A DNA stretch of 63,976 nucleotides, filler included, from Octopus bimaculoides (lineage: Eukaryota): the NCBI RefSeq assembly GCF_001194135.2. It is 8 parts of 7 records of this genome, joined end to end, with 100 filler letters (N's around TTAATTAATTAA, not from the genome) between each part and the next. Parts side by side here need not be neighbours in the genome. Positions count along the whole stretch, not along the records: positions 1 to 30,035 come from NC_068982.1; 7 more parts are not named here. One strand, 5' to 3'. The notes under the pieces are model-generated. The model was given only the letters and a program-made list of their open reading frames with translations, ran no database searches and was not told the DNA's origin. The position numbers were made by a program, and so were the translations under genes. The number at the start of each line of letters is the position of its first letter. The stretch's first letter is position 1. Of this stretch, positions 1-12,935 are shown piece after piece.

Positions 1-123
1 TGAGTCGGGGACACGCCGGCCATATAGGGTCAAGAGGCACGTGCTCGTGTAGACGATCAGTGGGCAGAAAGGAGCGACAAGGACAACCCTTCCATACAGT
101 TAGCTCCTCCGATCAGCAAGACC

Positions 124-189
<66 letters not shown>

Positions 190-190
190 T
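124..190. repeat. (AAT)n microsatellite
   Basis: Perfect AAT run; explains the poly-Asn ORF 60..281. Confidence 0.95.
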
Positions 191-199
191 TAATCATAA

Positions 200-760
200 G
201 TGGGAGAGGTTTGATCAGTTGCCAGGATTGTATCGAAGCAGAGAGAAACAGCTAAGGGTGGTATATAAAAAAATGGCGTAGAGGCACTGTCGGAATACAC
301 AAAGAAGGCCGGCGCCACCAAAACGGAAAACTGTAACGAAATAAAAATTTAAACAAGAAGTGATGGAAAAAAAATAAAGAGACAAAGCATGGGAAACTCC
401 AAGACAGATATAGAGGACCGGTGGCTATAGATGTGGAGGAGTGACCTGAAGATACAGACAGAAGCACTAATATGCTTAGCTCAGGAACAAGCGTTAAGGA
501 CCAACTATATGAAATGCTGAATAGACAACACTACCGATAGCGACAAACGCAGAATGTGTGGCGAGAAGAGTGAGGTGGTATGGCAGACCGTTAGCGAATA
601 TCCGAAATTGGCACAACGCGAATACAAAAGACGTCATGTGGCAAGAATGATCAATTGTGTAAATCATGGCCTACAAAGAGCAAAGACGTGATATGACCAA
701 ACTCCAGAAGGAGGAATCGGAAATGAGAATTGCAAAGTCCTGTGGGATGCAATGAGAAAT
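200..760 (+). mobile_element. Degenerate R4/Dong-type (RLE) non-LTR retrotransposon fragment, post-RT and zinc-knuckle region
   Basis: Manual translation gives SDLKIQTEALIC.AQEQALRTNYMKC.IDNTTDSDKRRMCGEKSEVVWQTVSEYPKLAQREYKRRH...ENCKVLWD, typical of R4-clade ORFs. Stops and frameshifts present. Confidence 0.7.
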
Positions 761-1423
761 GAAGAGATGAACTGAAATAAGTTATTTTGTATTAATTAGT
801 AGCAGTGAATTAAACTAATGTTTCAACAAGCCATTTCTAAGTTCAATAATTATTCTCTATTATCAAGTATTAAGTTGGATTAAATAAATACAATTAGCCC
901 TGAACACGGTGTCTGCTCATTGCATTTGAATTTAGGAACGAACACGAAAATACTCTGAGGCTAAGTAAATTTGGACAGCACTGGATACGGAATGCGATCT
1001 TAAATGACCATCCATAATCACGAAAGTATGATACATCACCCTAAAACTAAAAGCCGCAAGGCTTATCTCTTTAAAAATATTCGATTCTTCAATACTTCCT
1101 ATTTCTTGTCGAAGGTCGAAGAGTACGACTGAAAACATACTTTCAAAATTTAATTAGCATTAATTCATCTCATGTTTGTAACCTTAATGTTTTGGGGAAA
1201 GTTAGGAACGTCCCATTATATTAAAAGTTTGAAGCCTTACTTTTATTTAGCGAAAAGCCCAATAATTAACAAATGCTGTTGATATTAGTTCTCACCATGT
1301 CTCAAACGGTCCTGTTTTGATTTTCATTGATATACATGACTGATCTTGATAAATGGAATCAACTTAAAACATTGAATTTTTTCTCTCCAGCGCCGCCGTG
1401 AGCGCAACATCATTTGCACAATA

Positions 1424-1840
1424 TTGAGAACATACATACCACAAGCATTGCCCAAGCAGCCTTCACATCAGATTCAGGATTCATGCAAGGCTGAGGGCCA
1501 CATGCCCCGTACATAATTCAGGCTCACAACGAAAATTCACAACACACTTTCTTTTCCTCAACAGGTCCTCCCATATTTAATATCATCCCCAAATAAATCA
1601 AAGAAGGAAAATATCACATCACCTTCAAACGAAACCTGGACAAACTTCTTCAAGAGAAGCCATCAATACCTGGATACATCTCAGTCAACAAAACGTCCAG
1701 CTTGAATGAGCCATGATAACACAAAACCTGTCTTAAAAATGACTAAAACAGACCCTATCAGGTGGTGCTATTAAGTTAGACATGACCTTGGCCAATTTTG
1801 GCCGAAACATATCTAAGTTATCTAAGTTCTGTAAGTTATA
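1424..1840 (+). mobile_element. CR1/L2-group LINE 3' end relic
   Basis: Frame reads FSSTGPPIFNIIPK.IKEGKYHITFKRNLDKLLQE, like LINE ORF2 C-termini. It ends in short (CTAAG)-type tail repeats. Confidence 0.5.
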
Positions 1841-4339
1841 CATTTACCTTCAATAAAGCCAGACACCAGAAATCTAATACTCTAAAATTACTGAAGTTAG
1901 AAATCAGTATGTTGCTCAGCAATTGAGAATCGAATTCACGTTCCGTTTTATTGCTAGTTTCAGCCATTTTATATCACTTACGTCACTAAACTCTTTAGAA
2001 ACTGACAAGCGTCACACAATTTCAAATGAGTCCGTTTATGAACGTGAAGTCTTGCAGCAGTGTCAGAAATCAATATCCGTCTTTTTATCTGTTTCTTTGT
2101 TTCTTTAGTTACACTGTGTCATTTTTTTTTATTATTTCTGCTCCAAGCTTTCACTATTTAACTCTGTAGCTGATACAAGTCAATACTATTAAAACGAGGG
2201 TGGGGGATTTATTTTTAAATGGAACCAATATGTTGTTTTCCTACAGCGAGATCGAATTTTCATTACTGGTCTGCTAATGCTCGTAGAAGTAGAGGTGAAG
2301 AAAGATTCTCGGCTATTAACTTTGGACTTTATTTCCCCCGATAATTACAAAACTCGTTCACCAAATCAATTATCTATATTTTGATATAAACTATTATTAT
2401 TTTACTTAAACTAAACTGCTAGCTGAAGTGTATAATAGAATATCAATATATGTTCATATACAAACAAATTTTATAAATTTCTGGTTTATAGTTTGTTATA
2501 CAATACAGATTAAGTGACGTGTAAATTTCTGTACAGATGCAATACACATTTTGGATTTGTTTGGATTTTGTCCTCGATAAATCAGTATGGAATGATGGAA
2601 AATGCTAGAAACGGTGCTCTTCATGTTAAACCTTAAGGATAAGCATTAACATACCTTTTGGTGGGTACAAATGTAATTGAAGAGGTTTTTGCTGTTTGAA
2701 ATGCTTAGGAAGATACGGAAAAGCTGGTGACTTTCTAATTGTAAAAGAATGCCAATTCAACATACAGCAAGCAGTTGAGTATTAACATGGTGAAGTCTCA
2801 TTTATGTCTTTTGGGTCACATCCGCAATGAACTATAGATTTTGTGATAACATCTCAATATACATTATCTAAAGCAGCACAGTTAAAGACATACAGCAGTC
2901 ACCCACGTACATATAGTTCAAAGACTATTCGTAATGAACTCACCGAAGACGGTGGTTGTTTATAAACTTTCACTGATCTGGAAGAACTCCATAATAAAGC
3001 GAAGCAGAATAAACCATGGAAAGACTATTCACCAGAACCTACAGCACAAGCGAATTGAAAGCAACAGACATCCACGACGCGTCACTACTATAAAAAAAAG
3101 AAACAGAAAGAAGATAAGAAATATGTCCTAATAATTATTCCCATTCAAAACGACACAGAGGCGTCTTGAAACAGAGAACCGACTCCATCTCTTTTCGTTT
3201 TAACGTCAATGATATACTGAAAAAAAAAAAACAAATTAAAAATAAAACTCAAGAAAATAACTCATATTTTTATATTAATTTATTCATTATGTCGTTGTGG
3301 ACGGACCTACAATCGTAATTAACTTTCAGGCTATTTTTAGAACAACGCTAAGTTACACATTAGTTGTTAGTGATTGTTTTGTTGTTCCAGAAGAGACAAA
3401 AAGCAATGGAGGAGCGAAATAGTAATTCACAAATAGCATACTTTTATCTATTGATTATTTCTTTTCCGGCCGAATTCGCCACTACATTTGTCATCTTTGC
3501 TTCATAATCTTGCTTTTAAACAAGTCCTTGATGCATAATTTTCTCTCTATATACAAATTATAAGTGCGAGTCTCCGTTCACGATCAGACTGAATAGGTCA
3601 GATATTCTATTTTAGTTTAATTTCTTAACTATACAAAGTTTCTGCGTTTGGTGATTTAAAAATAAATTTAGAATGAATATGAGATAAAATGAAACAACTA
3701 AAACAGAACGGAACACGAATAAGCAAGGCCTATAATTGATGTTATTTAAATAATCAGAATTTGAATTGTCTGTAATGACTATTGATCGAACATGTACTAT
3801 ATTTATTGATTTAGATTCTTTTGACATAATTTTATTTAATTTTTTATTAACCACAAAATTGCAATAATACGTATACAAATGTAGCAGATAAAGGAAAATA
3901 GGCGATGTTTTCTGTCCAAAGTCTCTCTTTCATTGTTTAGCAATCTGTCTGTCTGCCTGTCTGTCAGTCTACTTTCGGATCTTTATTCCTTTTCAAAGGA
4001 AACAAAAGTATTATTTGTGTTGCTTTAGATTGTAATTTCAATTTCATTCTTTATATGGTGTTGCTTCTCTTACAGTAAGACCTTCATAATGTAGTAGCAG
4101 CAACAAAAGAGCCATATGCGAATGTTCTAGAAAAGGCCAATGGTTTTGGTGTTGAGATTGTTTAAATAAGTAATTGTGTGAATAATTATTGTCATAGCTT
4201 AAGCTGAAGAGAGAATTTCAACTTAGATCGACTAACAAACTACAATTAAAAAAAAAATCCATAATATATATTTACAAATATATAAAATGGACCAGGATCG
4301 TAACTATCAATGACTGTCTCATTGTCCAGCATCGTGACT

Positions 4340-4786
4340 GGCGGCAAACTGGCTGAAACGTTAGCACGCTGGGCGAAATGATTAGCGGTGTTTCATCTGT
4401 TATTACGTTCTGAGTTCAAATTCCACCGAGGTCGACTTTGTCTTTCATCTTTTCGGAGTCGATAAATTAAGTACCAGTTGCGTACTGGGTCGATCTAATC
4501 GACTGGCTTCCTCACCCAAATTTTCGGGCCTTGTGACCGGAGTAGAAAAGAATATTTGCATAGATTTAAGTCGGTGAGCTGGCAGAAGCGTTAGCACGCC
4601 GGGCGAAATTCTTAGCGGTATTTCGTATGTCTACGTTCTGAGATCGAATTTCACCGAGGTCAACTTTGCTTTTCATCCTTTCGGGGTCGATAAATTAAGT
4701 AACAGTTGCGTACTGGAGTCGATCTAACCGACTGGGTCCCTCCCCCAAAATGTCGGGCCTTGTGTCTAGAGTAGAAAAGAATGTTT
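4340..4786 (+). mobile_element. Two tandem copies of tRNA-derived SINE family A
   Basis: Both copies carry GGCGRGCTGGCAGAAACGTTAGCAC, GTTCAAATTCC (B box), GAGGTCGACTTTGCCTTTCATCCTTTCGGGGTCGATAAATTAAGTAC and the AGTAGAAAAGAATATT tail. Confidence 0.85.
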
Positions 4787-5002
4787 GCATACATTTATAA
4801 AATCATATTAAATTTCATTTCAATTGGAAATTCAAAATATATTGTTTCCGTATCCACGACTATGGTTAAAGAACTAGAATCCAGCTTCATACTTGATTGG
4901 ATTTTAATTCTTGCAAATGCAAAGCTTAAAAATCCCTGAAATTCTTCTAAAGCAAGCGTGACTCGACACATTTTAGCAGGCATACAGAAACTCGGGAGTG
5001 CA

Positions 5003-5390
5003 TCTTTTATTTTGTTATTTTCTACTCGCTTCAGTGATTAGACTGCGACCATGCTGGAGCACCACCTCGAAGGATTTATTGTAGACAGAATCTACAGCAG
5101 TACTTTTATTTTATAAAGCCTGGCACATATTCTATCGGTCTCTTTTGTAAACACACCAACACCGGTTGTCAAGCTGAGGTGGGGGGGGGGGGGGCAAAGA
5201 CAAACACAGACACAAAGGTGCACACTCTCTTCACACACACTCTCTTTCTCTCTCTCACACACATTTACACACACATGTATATATATATACATATATATAG
5301 GCACAGGCATGGCTGCATGGTAAGTAGCTTGCTTACCAGTCACATGTCTCCGGGTTCAGTGTGACACCTTGGGCAAGTGTCTTCTACTAG
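5003..5390. mobile_element. SINE family B pieces: 3' half on minus (5003-5210) and 5' head on plus (5299-5390)
   Basis: Matches other family-B copies (GACTGCGACCATGCTGGAGCACC; GGCATGGCTG..GGTAAG..CACCTTGGGCAAGTGTCTTCTACTA). Confidence 0.75.
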
Positions 5391-5444
5391 TCAAATGGTT
5401 GAAACAAATAAAAGAATATATATATATATATATATATATACACA

Positions 5445-5655
5445 TCATCATCATCATCGTTTAACGTCCGCTTTCCATGCTAGCATGGGTTGGACGATTT
5501 GACTGAGGACTGGTGAAACCGGATTGCAACACCAGGCTCCAATCTGATTTGGCAGAGTTTCTACATCTGGATACCCTTCCTAACGCCAACCACTCAGAGA
5601 GTGTAGTGGGTGTTTTTACGTGTCACCGGCACGAAGGCCAGAGAGGCGGTACTGG
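5445..5655 (-). mobile_element. SINE-like element with RTE-type 3' tail
   Basis: Reverse strand ends CGTCCAACCCATGCTAGCATGGAAAGCGGACGTTAAACGATGATGATG, an RTE-like tail. It shares GTGCCGGTGRCACGTAAAA with 21470-21600. Confidence 0.65.
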
Positions 5656-5673
5656 CATATATATATATATATA

Positions 5674-6400
5674 GGAAAATGTGTTGTTGAAAATGCACTT
5701 AAATTTCAAAAACTCGTAAATGTTTAAAATACATTTATTTACATATATACCAAACTAGTTTCAACAATATTTTTTGTTTATCAATGGTAAAAGTTTANNN
5801 NNNNNNNNNNNNNNNNNNNNNNNNNNNNNNNNNNNNNNNNNNNNNNNNNNNNNNNNNNNNNNNNNNNNNNNNNNNNNNNNNNNNNNNNNNNNNNNNNNNN
5901 NNNNNNNNNNNNNNNNNNNNNNNNNNNNNNNNNNNNNNNAAATTAGAAAAACATCGTTAAAAGTCTCAATGTTGACAAATCAAAATGTTTCAATGTTGAT
6001 AAATTAAAATGTTTCAATGTTGAGAAATTATCATCTTCAAAACAGAAGGTGTAAGTTTGAAAATAAAACTGTATATCAATTTGTTAGAATGTACAAGGTT
6101 CATTAATTTCAGTGGTGGTCGACAAGTCATACTAAAAAAAAAAAAAGAAAAAAACAAGTGTGAGAAGTAAAATAGTAAAAAAAAGGGAATTTGGTGTACG
6201 GTTTCTCAGATCTTCTTTAAATAGTCGCTTTCGCTTGTAATGGCATGTTTAGGGATCAGATGTATTTATAAATTTTTCCTGCGAGCGGACCTGATTTTTG
6301 ATTCGTTGAAAAATTGATGACGTTTTTCTTCCGTGGTCAAGCTTGTCGTTCTGCTTGAGCTTTTGAAATTCAAGTGCATTTTCAACAACATACATTTTCC
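5674..6400. mobile_element. MITE / non-autonomous DNA transposon with ~45-bp TIRs and TA flanks
   Basis: 5674 GGAAAATGTGTTGTTGAAAATGCACTTAAATTTCAAAAACTC is the near-exact reverse complement of 6357-6400. TA lies on both sides. Internal 24-bp tandem repeat at ~5960-6030; contains an N gap. Confidence 0.75.
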
Positions 6401-6838
6401 TATATTTTTTTTCATGCGTGAAAACACCACTTCCTCTTTTTTGCTCTATTTATATACGACGGACTTCTTTCAGTCTACCAAATTCACTCATGAAGCTTTA
6501 GTCGGCTCCAGGCTATAGTTGAAGACTTGCCCAAGGTGCCACACTGTGCAACTGAACCCGCTGCCATTAATAAATATATCACCTGGCCTATGTTGCGATT
6601 CAGTAACGTACATATATTACTCAAATTCGTGTGGTGTCTCTAGTGGTATAAAGCGCTTCATACCCATCAATGCAATAAGTTTCTTTGAACCAGATCGGAA
6701 ATAATTTCAAAGTGTCATCGCTAAAATCAGTTCATACTTTTAATTCCCACCAGATCTATCAGACCAGACAAAACAGATGTAAAACAACTGAATGAACCGG
6801 AACAACTTAACCCGTTATTTCGTACACAAGACTACTCT

Positions 6839-6843
<5 letters not shown>

Positions 6844-6903
<60 letters not shown>

Positions 6904-7125
6904 NNNNNNNNNNNNNNNNNNNNNNNNNNNNNNNNNNNNNNNNNNNNNNNNNNNNNNNNNNNNNNNNNNNNNNNNNNNNNNNNNNNNNNNNNNNNNNNNN
7001 NNNNNNNNNNNNNNNNNNNNNNNNNNNNNNNNNNNNNNNNNNNNNNNNNNNNNNNNNNNNNNNNNNNNNNNNNNNNNNNNNNNNNNNNNNNNNNNNNNNN
7101 NNNNNNNNNNNNNNNNNNNNNNNNN

Positions 7126-7185
<60 letters not shown>
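6844..7185. repeat. (AC)n microsatellite spanning an N gap
   Basis: Direct inspection. Confidence 0.95.
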
Positions 7186-7188
<3 letters not shown>

Positions 7189-9490
7189 CACAAAGATACA
7201 CAAACACACACATACACACACAATCAATAGGATGAGACGGGTTGCATTTCACTTTGAGTACAAAACCAAGAACGAATACAAACCCATGAACTGCACACGC
7301 AAGCTTCACCCTAGCCACTTCTATGGACATAAAGCCGCTGAAGACCCTCAGCCAATGCCATCACTCATGCAGTTCTAGAAGGACGTGTTAATCCCTTATT
7401 CCTTCTCCTTTCTTCTCCCTTCATGAAAGGAGGTGGAGGTGGAGGGAGAGAAGCTTCTATCCTCTATTCCTAACATCACTTATCACTGCTTGCCAACCTT
7501 TACGTAAACTACGTTGATTTCTTTGTTTACTTCTTATCTTTTACTTATATCACTTAATATGCGCATCAAGTAAATGCTCGAAAGACCATTTAACTCCAGT
7601 CACTTCTAAGGATAATTTTTTGTCTTCAAATTGTCTTTATATCATCCAAAATCTATTTACGCATTTAGTATTTCTTTTTGTAGTTCTGTATCACCTACAT
7701 AACCTCTATTCAAATCTACGTGAATTCTTTGAGAAAGGTATGCTCTGAGGAGGCGTCACGCTGACCCTTCTGTTCTCAATCGTTAACAGTTTTTCCCCCA
7801 AGGTTGCATGAACTATTCTTAAAGTTTGAATTCTTTCGCAAATATACTATTTATCTCCATGATGAATTTAGAAATAAACTTTTAATGCATTATACATGCC
7901 CCCATACATACACACACGCGCATAAAAGTATGTTATGTGCATAAGTACACACACACACACACATACATACATAGTTTTTTTCTGTTAAAACTGAAACTGG
8001 GAGTGAGTCTGTTAGTCTCGCAACTCAAGTTTCATGCCAGCACGATCACCAGGCGGATTTTTGGAGAGATAACACGTATCTGTCCAAATAGAAAAAAAAA
8101 ACACTGATGTCTCTCATGAAGACAAGCTCTTCAGAACCATCAGGAGAGACAACATTCGTTATAAACATATCCCTGACTACTTTTCCAAATAAATCCATTG
8201 AAGCATTTCAGCCGAATAATCTCTCTCTCTCACTCACACACACACACACACACACGCGTACTTATTTTATCGACTCTGAAAGGATGAAAGGCAAAGTCGA
8301 CCGTGGTGGAATTTGAACTCAGAACTTAACGGCAGACGAAATAGCCTTAAATAGAATATCAATAATACAAATGAACTAATACATCTACCACCAATCTACC
8401 AACACATTAATAGCATCCATTACTAGTTGACTGACCATGTGGCATATTTGTCGTAACCCCGAATGAAGGCTACTGTCATTTCAATAGAAAATATGCTTAT
8501 TACTAATCGACGTAACATTATACCGCTTTGTATATCGTGAACCAAACATGCCTTCTTCTTTAGCTTCTTCAAAAATCTTTCTCATGTTTTTTTCCTTTGA
8601 AATTGTTACTTTTCATAAATTCAGTTTTGAAGCATTCCGTATATCTATTTAGATGATACGAACAAAGTTTCGGAGGAAGTTAGATGAAAGATCAGACATT
8701 GACTTCTCTTGAAACAAATATTATTTTTCCATTTGAAGCAATAATGGTTTTCATTCTCTTTCATGTTCTGTATTATGGAAGAAATTTTATTTTCTAACAT
8801 TGCTTCCTTTGTCTTCAAAGTGTTCATTTCTGCATATAATCTTAAGACCAATGAAATTTTATAACTAATATAAATGATATTCGACTTGTAAAAACATAAG
8901 GACAGCATCAGAAAAGACAGTTTAATCGAAGATACGAAGATTTCTATTTTTTTTCAGTGACATTTGTACGCGAAAAACCATAACAGAAACCATCGCTTCC
9001 AATATAACTTGAAGTGCTAGTGGACAAAACAGATCTAGAATAGATTATATATATTATACAGACTTTCAAATATTAACTATTTGTTAAGATTTTTTATTCG
9101 ATCTCCAAATCAGACAGGTTGTCAGGACACTCAATAGTTACTATATTTTCTTCTTTGTCCGTCTTAAATGCCATGAAAATATCTATGACTACACATCCCG
9201 CTTGCAACACAACAACATAGAAGTAAATATTCCAACAAATTTGGCTGTTCTTGATTTGAGATAAGTCGTAATATACAATTAATTATTAACATGTTCTGTT
9301 TTCCTATTCATCTTCTTAGCTTCTAGTTTTACTTGACACTTTTTTTTTACTAAAATATATCCCAAATCTGTGTGTTAGATGATTTGGCCTCTGTCGTTTG
9401 TTCCGGTCGAGTTGGTACCGAACCTATTTTGGCGTCCACCCATTTGGTGGGAAACGTTTTGTCACCAGGCAATAATACATACTTTACTTG

Positions 9491-9912
9491 AAGCGGCGAG
9501 CTGGCAGAATCGTTAGCACTCCGGGCGAAATACTTATCGGTATTTCATCTGAGTTCAAATGCCACCGAGGTCGACTTTACCTATTATCCTTTTGGGGTCG
9601 ATAAATTACGTACTGGTGAAACACTGGGGTCGATGTAATCGACTTAGCCCCTCTCCTAAAATTTCAGGCCTTGTGCTTATAGTAGAAAGGAATATGCGAA
9701 GTTTACTTGAGGTGGCGAGCTGACAGAAGCATTAGCACGTTCGACAACGTGCCTAGCTGTATTTCGTCTGAGTTCAAATTCCTCAGAGATCGACTTTACC
9801 CTTCACCCTTCAGGATCAATAGAATATGTACCAGTTGAGGGCTGGGATCGATGTAAACGACTGACCATCTCCCTTGAAAGTTCAGGCGTTGTGCCTATTC
9901 TAGAAAGGATTT
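9491..9912 (+). mobile_element. Two tandem copies of SINE family A
   Basis: Same head, core and tail motifs; each copy is preceded by TTTACTTGA. Confidence 0.8.
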
Positions 9913-10186
9913 TTAGAAGTACAGCTGCAAAAAAAAAAAAAAAGACGATTTTCTGTTCTACACACTTAGACCGAAAACGTAATTTAGGTTAGAGCTAAAA
10001 AAATTATGCAGGTATTGAATCCATCATTATTTAAAGTTTAAACTATGAAAATATGTAAAACGATATAATTTACTAATAATATTTCATCTTTGTATACGGT
10101 TTGCCAGATTATTGATGTATATTTCTGTGTTGAAACAGAACCTGTTGTATTTTTTGGACGGCCATTACCTTAATAGTGGAGGCACG

Positions 10187-10432
10187 TGCTTTAGTGGTTA
10201 AGGTGTCAGCATCATGATCGTAAGATTGTGGTTTCGATTCCAGGACCGGACGACGCGTTGTGTTCTTGAGCAAAACACTTCATTTCACGTTGCTCCAGTC
10301 CACTCAGCTGGCAAAAATGAGTAACGCTGCGATGGACTGGCGTCCCGTCCAGGTGGGGAACACATACGCGATTGAAACCGGGAAACCGGACCCATGAGCC
10401 TGGCTAGGCTTTTAAAAGGGCGCATTTATTTA
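10187..10432 (+). mobile_element. tRNA-derived SINE family E
   Basis: A box TAGTGGTTAAGG and B box GGTTTCGATTCC, then GTGTTCTTGAGCAAAACACTTCATTTCACGTTGCTCCAGTCCACTCAGCTGG and GCGATGGACTGGCGTCCCGTCCAGG. Confidence 0.75.
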
Positions 10433-10509
10433 TTTTTATTTATTATGTTAATAAAGACAGGCACTGGTTCTATTTCACATCTTTCTTGTATCATTATTTG
10501 TCAAATAAA

Positions 10510-10721
10510 TTGGCGAGCTGGCATAATCGTTAGCACACAGGAAAATGGTTCGCGATATTTCTTCTAGCTTTGCGCTCTGAGTTCAAGTTCTACCGATACC
10601 GACTTTTCCTTTTATGATTTCGGGGCCGATAAGATACATCCCAGTTGAATACTGGGTCGGTGTAATTGAGTTTCCCGCGTACCCTCAAATTTTAGGCCTC
10701 GTTCCTATTGTAGAAAGGACT
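10510..10721 (+). mobile_element. SINE family A copy with 12-bp target-site duplication
   Basis: ATTATTTGTCAA at 10493-10504 and 10722-10733 flanks the degenerate SINE. Confidence 0.75.
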
Positions 10722-11269
10722 ATTATTTGTCAACCAGTAAACTCATCAATTTCTTGATTAATCGTTCGATCAATCAATCAATTAAGTTCGTCAACGTCCT
10801 GTCGTCGCCATTCACGAATCTCATCTATGACACGCTCTCACTATTGCCTGTCTGTGTGTCGCTTTGCTTTCAGATTCTCTATTTCCATTTATGTGATGTG
10901 AGTGAAAATGTGAAAGAGAAAGGGAGAACGTATGTATGTGAGTGTACTTGCATGTGTGTGTGTACCTGTATGTGTGAGTAAGTGTGTATAAGAAACCGTG
11001 TACGTGCATGTGTGTGAGTGCTGGTTTTTGTGTATGTGTATGGTGTAGATTCTGTGAAAGGTGGAACTCGTTAACGTTTGTTTATTTATTTGTGAATGGA
11101 CACTTTGTGTGTGGGTGTGTGTGCTATGTGTATGCGCATGCGTACGTGGACATTCGAGTTTACTCTCTTTCTTTTTTCCTTAATTCTTCTTTTTTTTGCA
11201 ATGAGGCGGATCAGGTTGCAATTGTATTGACTGCTTTTATCTTTCATTCAAATATAAGCGTATACTTCA

Positions 11270-11625
11270 CACATACAGAAATCCACGCGCGCACACACAC
11301 ACACACGCACACACGCACGAACATACACATACACTCACAAACACACAAACACAGACACACACACAGACACAGACACACACGCATACACACGCACGAACAT
11401 ACATACACACAGGCACACACATATAAACACACACACACAATTACACACATACACACATACACAAACACACACACTCCCACACACATACACACATACACAT
11501 ACACACACACAAACACACTCACACACTCACACACACACACACTCACAAACACAAGCACACAAACAGACAGACACAGACACAGACACACGCACGCACACAC
11601 ACACACACACACACACACCACTGCA
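11270..11625. repeat. Cryptic (CA)-rich simple sequence
   Basis: Explains the HT/CV-repeat ORFs at 10984..11687. Confidence 0.9.
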
Positions 11626-11971
11626 TGCTTTCTGACTTTCAGCTCTAGAAAGCTTTCTGAAGCTGGTGGTAGCAGGTGACTTAACATATCCGCCGCAGTA
11701 TCAGTTTGACACCGCGTTCGTCGACCAATTTAATGCCAAGATGCACATGCGCACTTGCATGCATCAACAATGCACTGATAAGCACACACACACAGGTTGA
11801 TTCCCGTACATGATACCATATTGCTTACACATTTTTCTCCCTGGTGGTGGTACGATCATCGCATTTTACCATTATTTTTTATTAAATGGTGGTTCCCATC
11901 CACTTATGAGTGTAGATTGACGCATCTTATTGCATTATATAGCTGCATCGATATCATTCTTCTATCCATCT

Positions 11972-11974
<3 letters not shown>

Positions 11975-12035
<61 letters not shown>

Positions 12036-12083
12036 ATATATATATATAGATAGATAGATATCTATCTATCTATCTATCTATCC

Positions 12084-12129
<46 letters not shown>

Positions 12130-12300
12130 ATATATATATATATATATATATATANNNNNNNNNNNNNNNNNNNNNNNNNNNNNNNNNNNNNNNNNNNNNN
12201 NNNNNNNNNNNNNNNNNNNNNNNNNNNNNNNNNNNNNNNNNNNNNNNNNNNNNNNNNNNNNNNNNNNNNNNNNNNNTATATATATATATATATATATATA
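11975..12300. repeat. Compound (ATCT)n/(TA)n microsatellite with gap
   Basis: Direct inspection. Confidence 0.95.
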
Positions 12301-12489
12301 TGAGTGTTTTATATTTAGGCCAATCAGCAGCATTCTGCGTTTAAGAATAAATTATTCGCATATCTGTATATTTTAATATACCTCAACGCTTCTAAAAAAG
12401 CAAACTTTGTTTACATACAGCGTAATTTCCCATATAACGTCTACGAAAGCTAAATTTATAAGTCCAAAAATTGCAGAAGAATTTATTAG

Positions 12490-12660
12490 TGGGCAGTTTA
12501 GCTTAAAAGTAAACCACTTCACCGGTAATCACAGAGATGTGAGTTCGAGTCTCATGGCTAGCCACTAAAATATTTTTCTGCAATATATGGATGTTTTATG
12601 CTATTCAGCATTATTCTGTGTTTGAGAATAAATTATTTCTATCTCTGTATACTTAAATTT
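12490..12660 (+). mobile_element. tRNA-Thr-like head plus tail (repeat family F)
   Basis: GGGCAGTTTAGCTT..CCGGTAATCAC..GTGAGTTCGAGTCTCATGGCTAGCCA. The tail ATTCTGYGTTTRAGAATAAATTATT recurs at ~12332 and ~12613. Homologous to 47965-48115. Confidence 0.55.
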
Positions 12661-12771
12661 ATGTTGTTTAGTATGCCGTAATGTTTATCCTTTGCATGCT
12701 GATAGGCTACTCTCGTTATACTTTCCAGTGTGCCTCCATTCTCTCGGCCAGATCCTTGTGAAGTCGCATGG

Positions 12772-12935
12772 TCTAGAGGTTAGCTTGTTGCATTCACAAT
12801 CGCAAGCTCGTGGGTTCGATTTCCGGACGGAGTGATGTGTTGTCTTCGTGAATAAAAACACTTTATTTCACATTGAACCAGTCCACTCAGCTACAAATAA
12901 ATATCAACCCCGAGACGGACTGGGGTCCAGACCCG
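12772..12935 (+). mobile_element. Degenerate SINE family E copy
   Basis: GGTCTAGAGGTTAG..GGGTTCGATTTCC..AAACACTTTATTTCACATTGAACCAGTCCACTCAGCT. Confidence 0.6.

Noticed and set aside
5747-5788. HHR-like topology on minus (ACCA-UUGAUA-AACAA..UUGUU-GAAACUAGU-U-UGGU)
   Set aside because: The core lacks C3 and G8; in AT-rich MITE sequence this may be chance, or at best a dead relic.
8500-8908. Minus-strand coiled-coil-looking ORF (8645..8908) and a short downstream frame
   Set aside because: AT-rich, no convincing splice pair and no recognisable homology.
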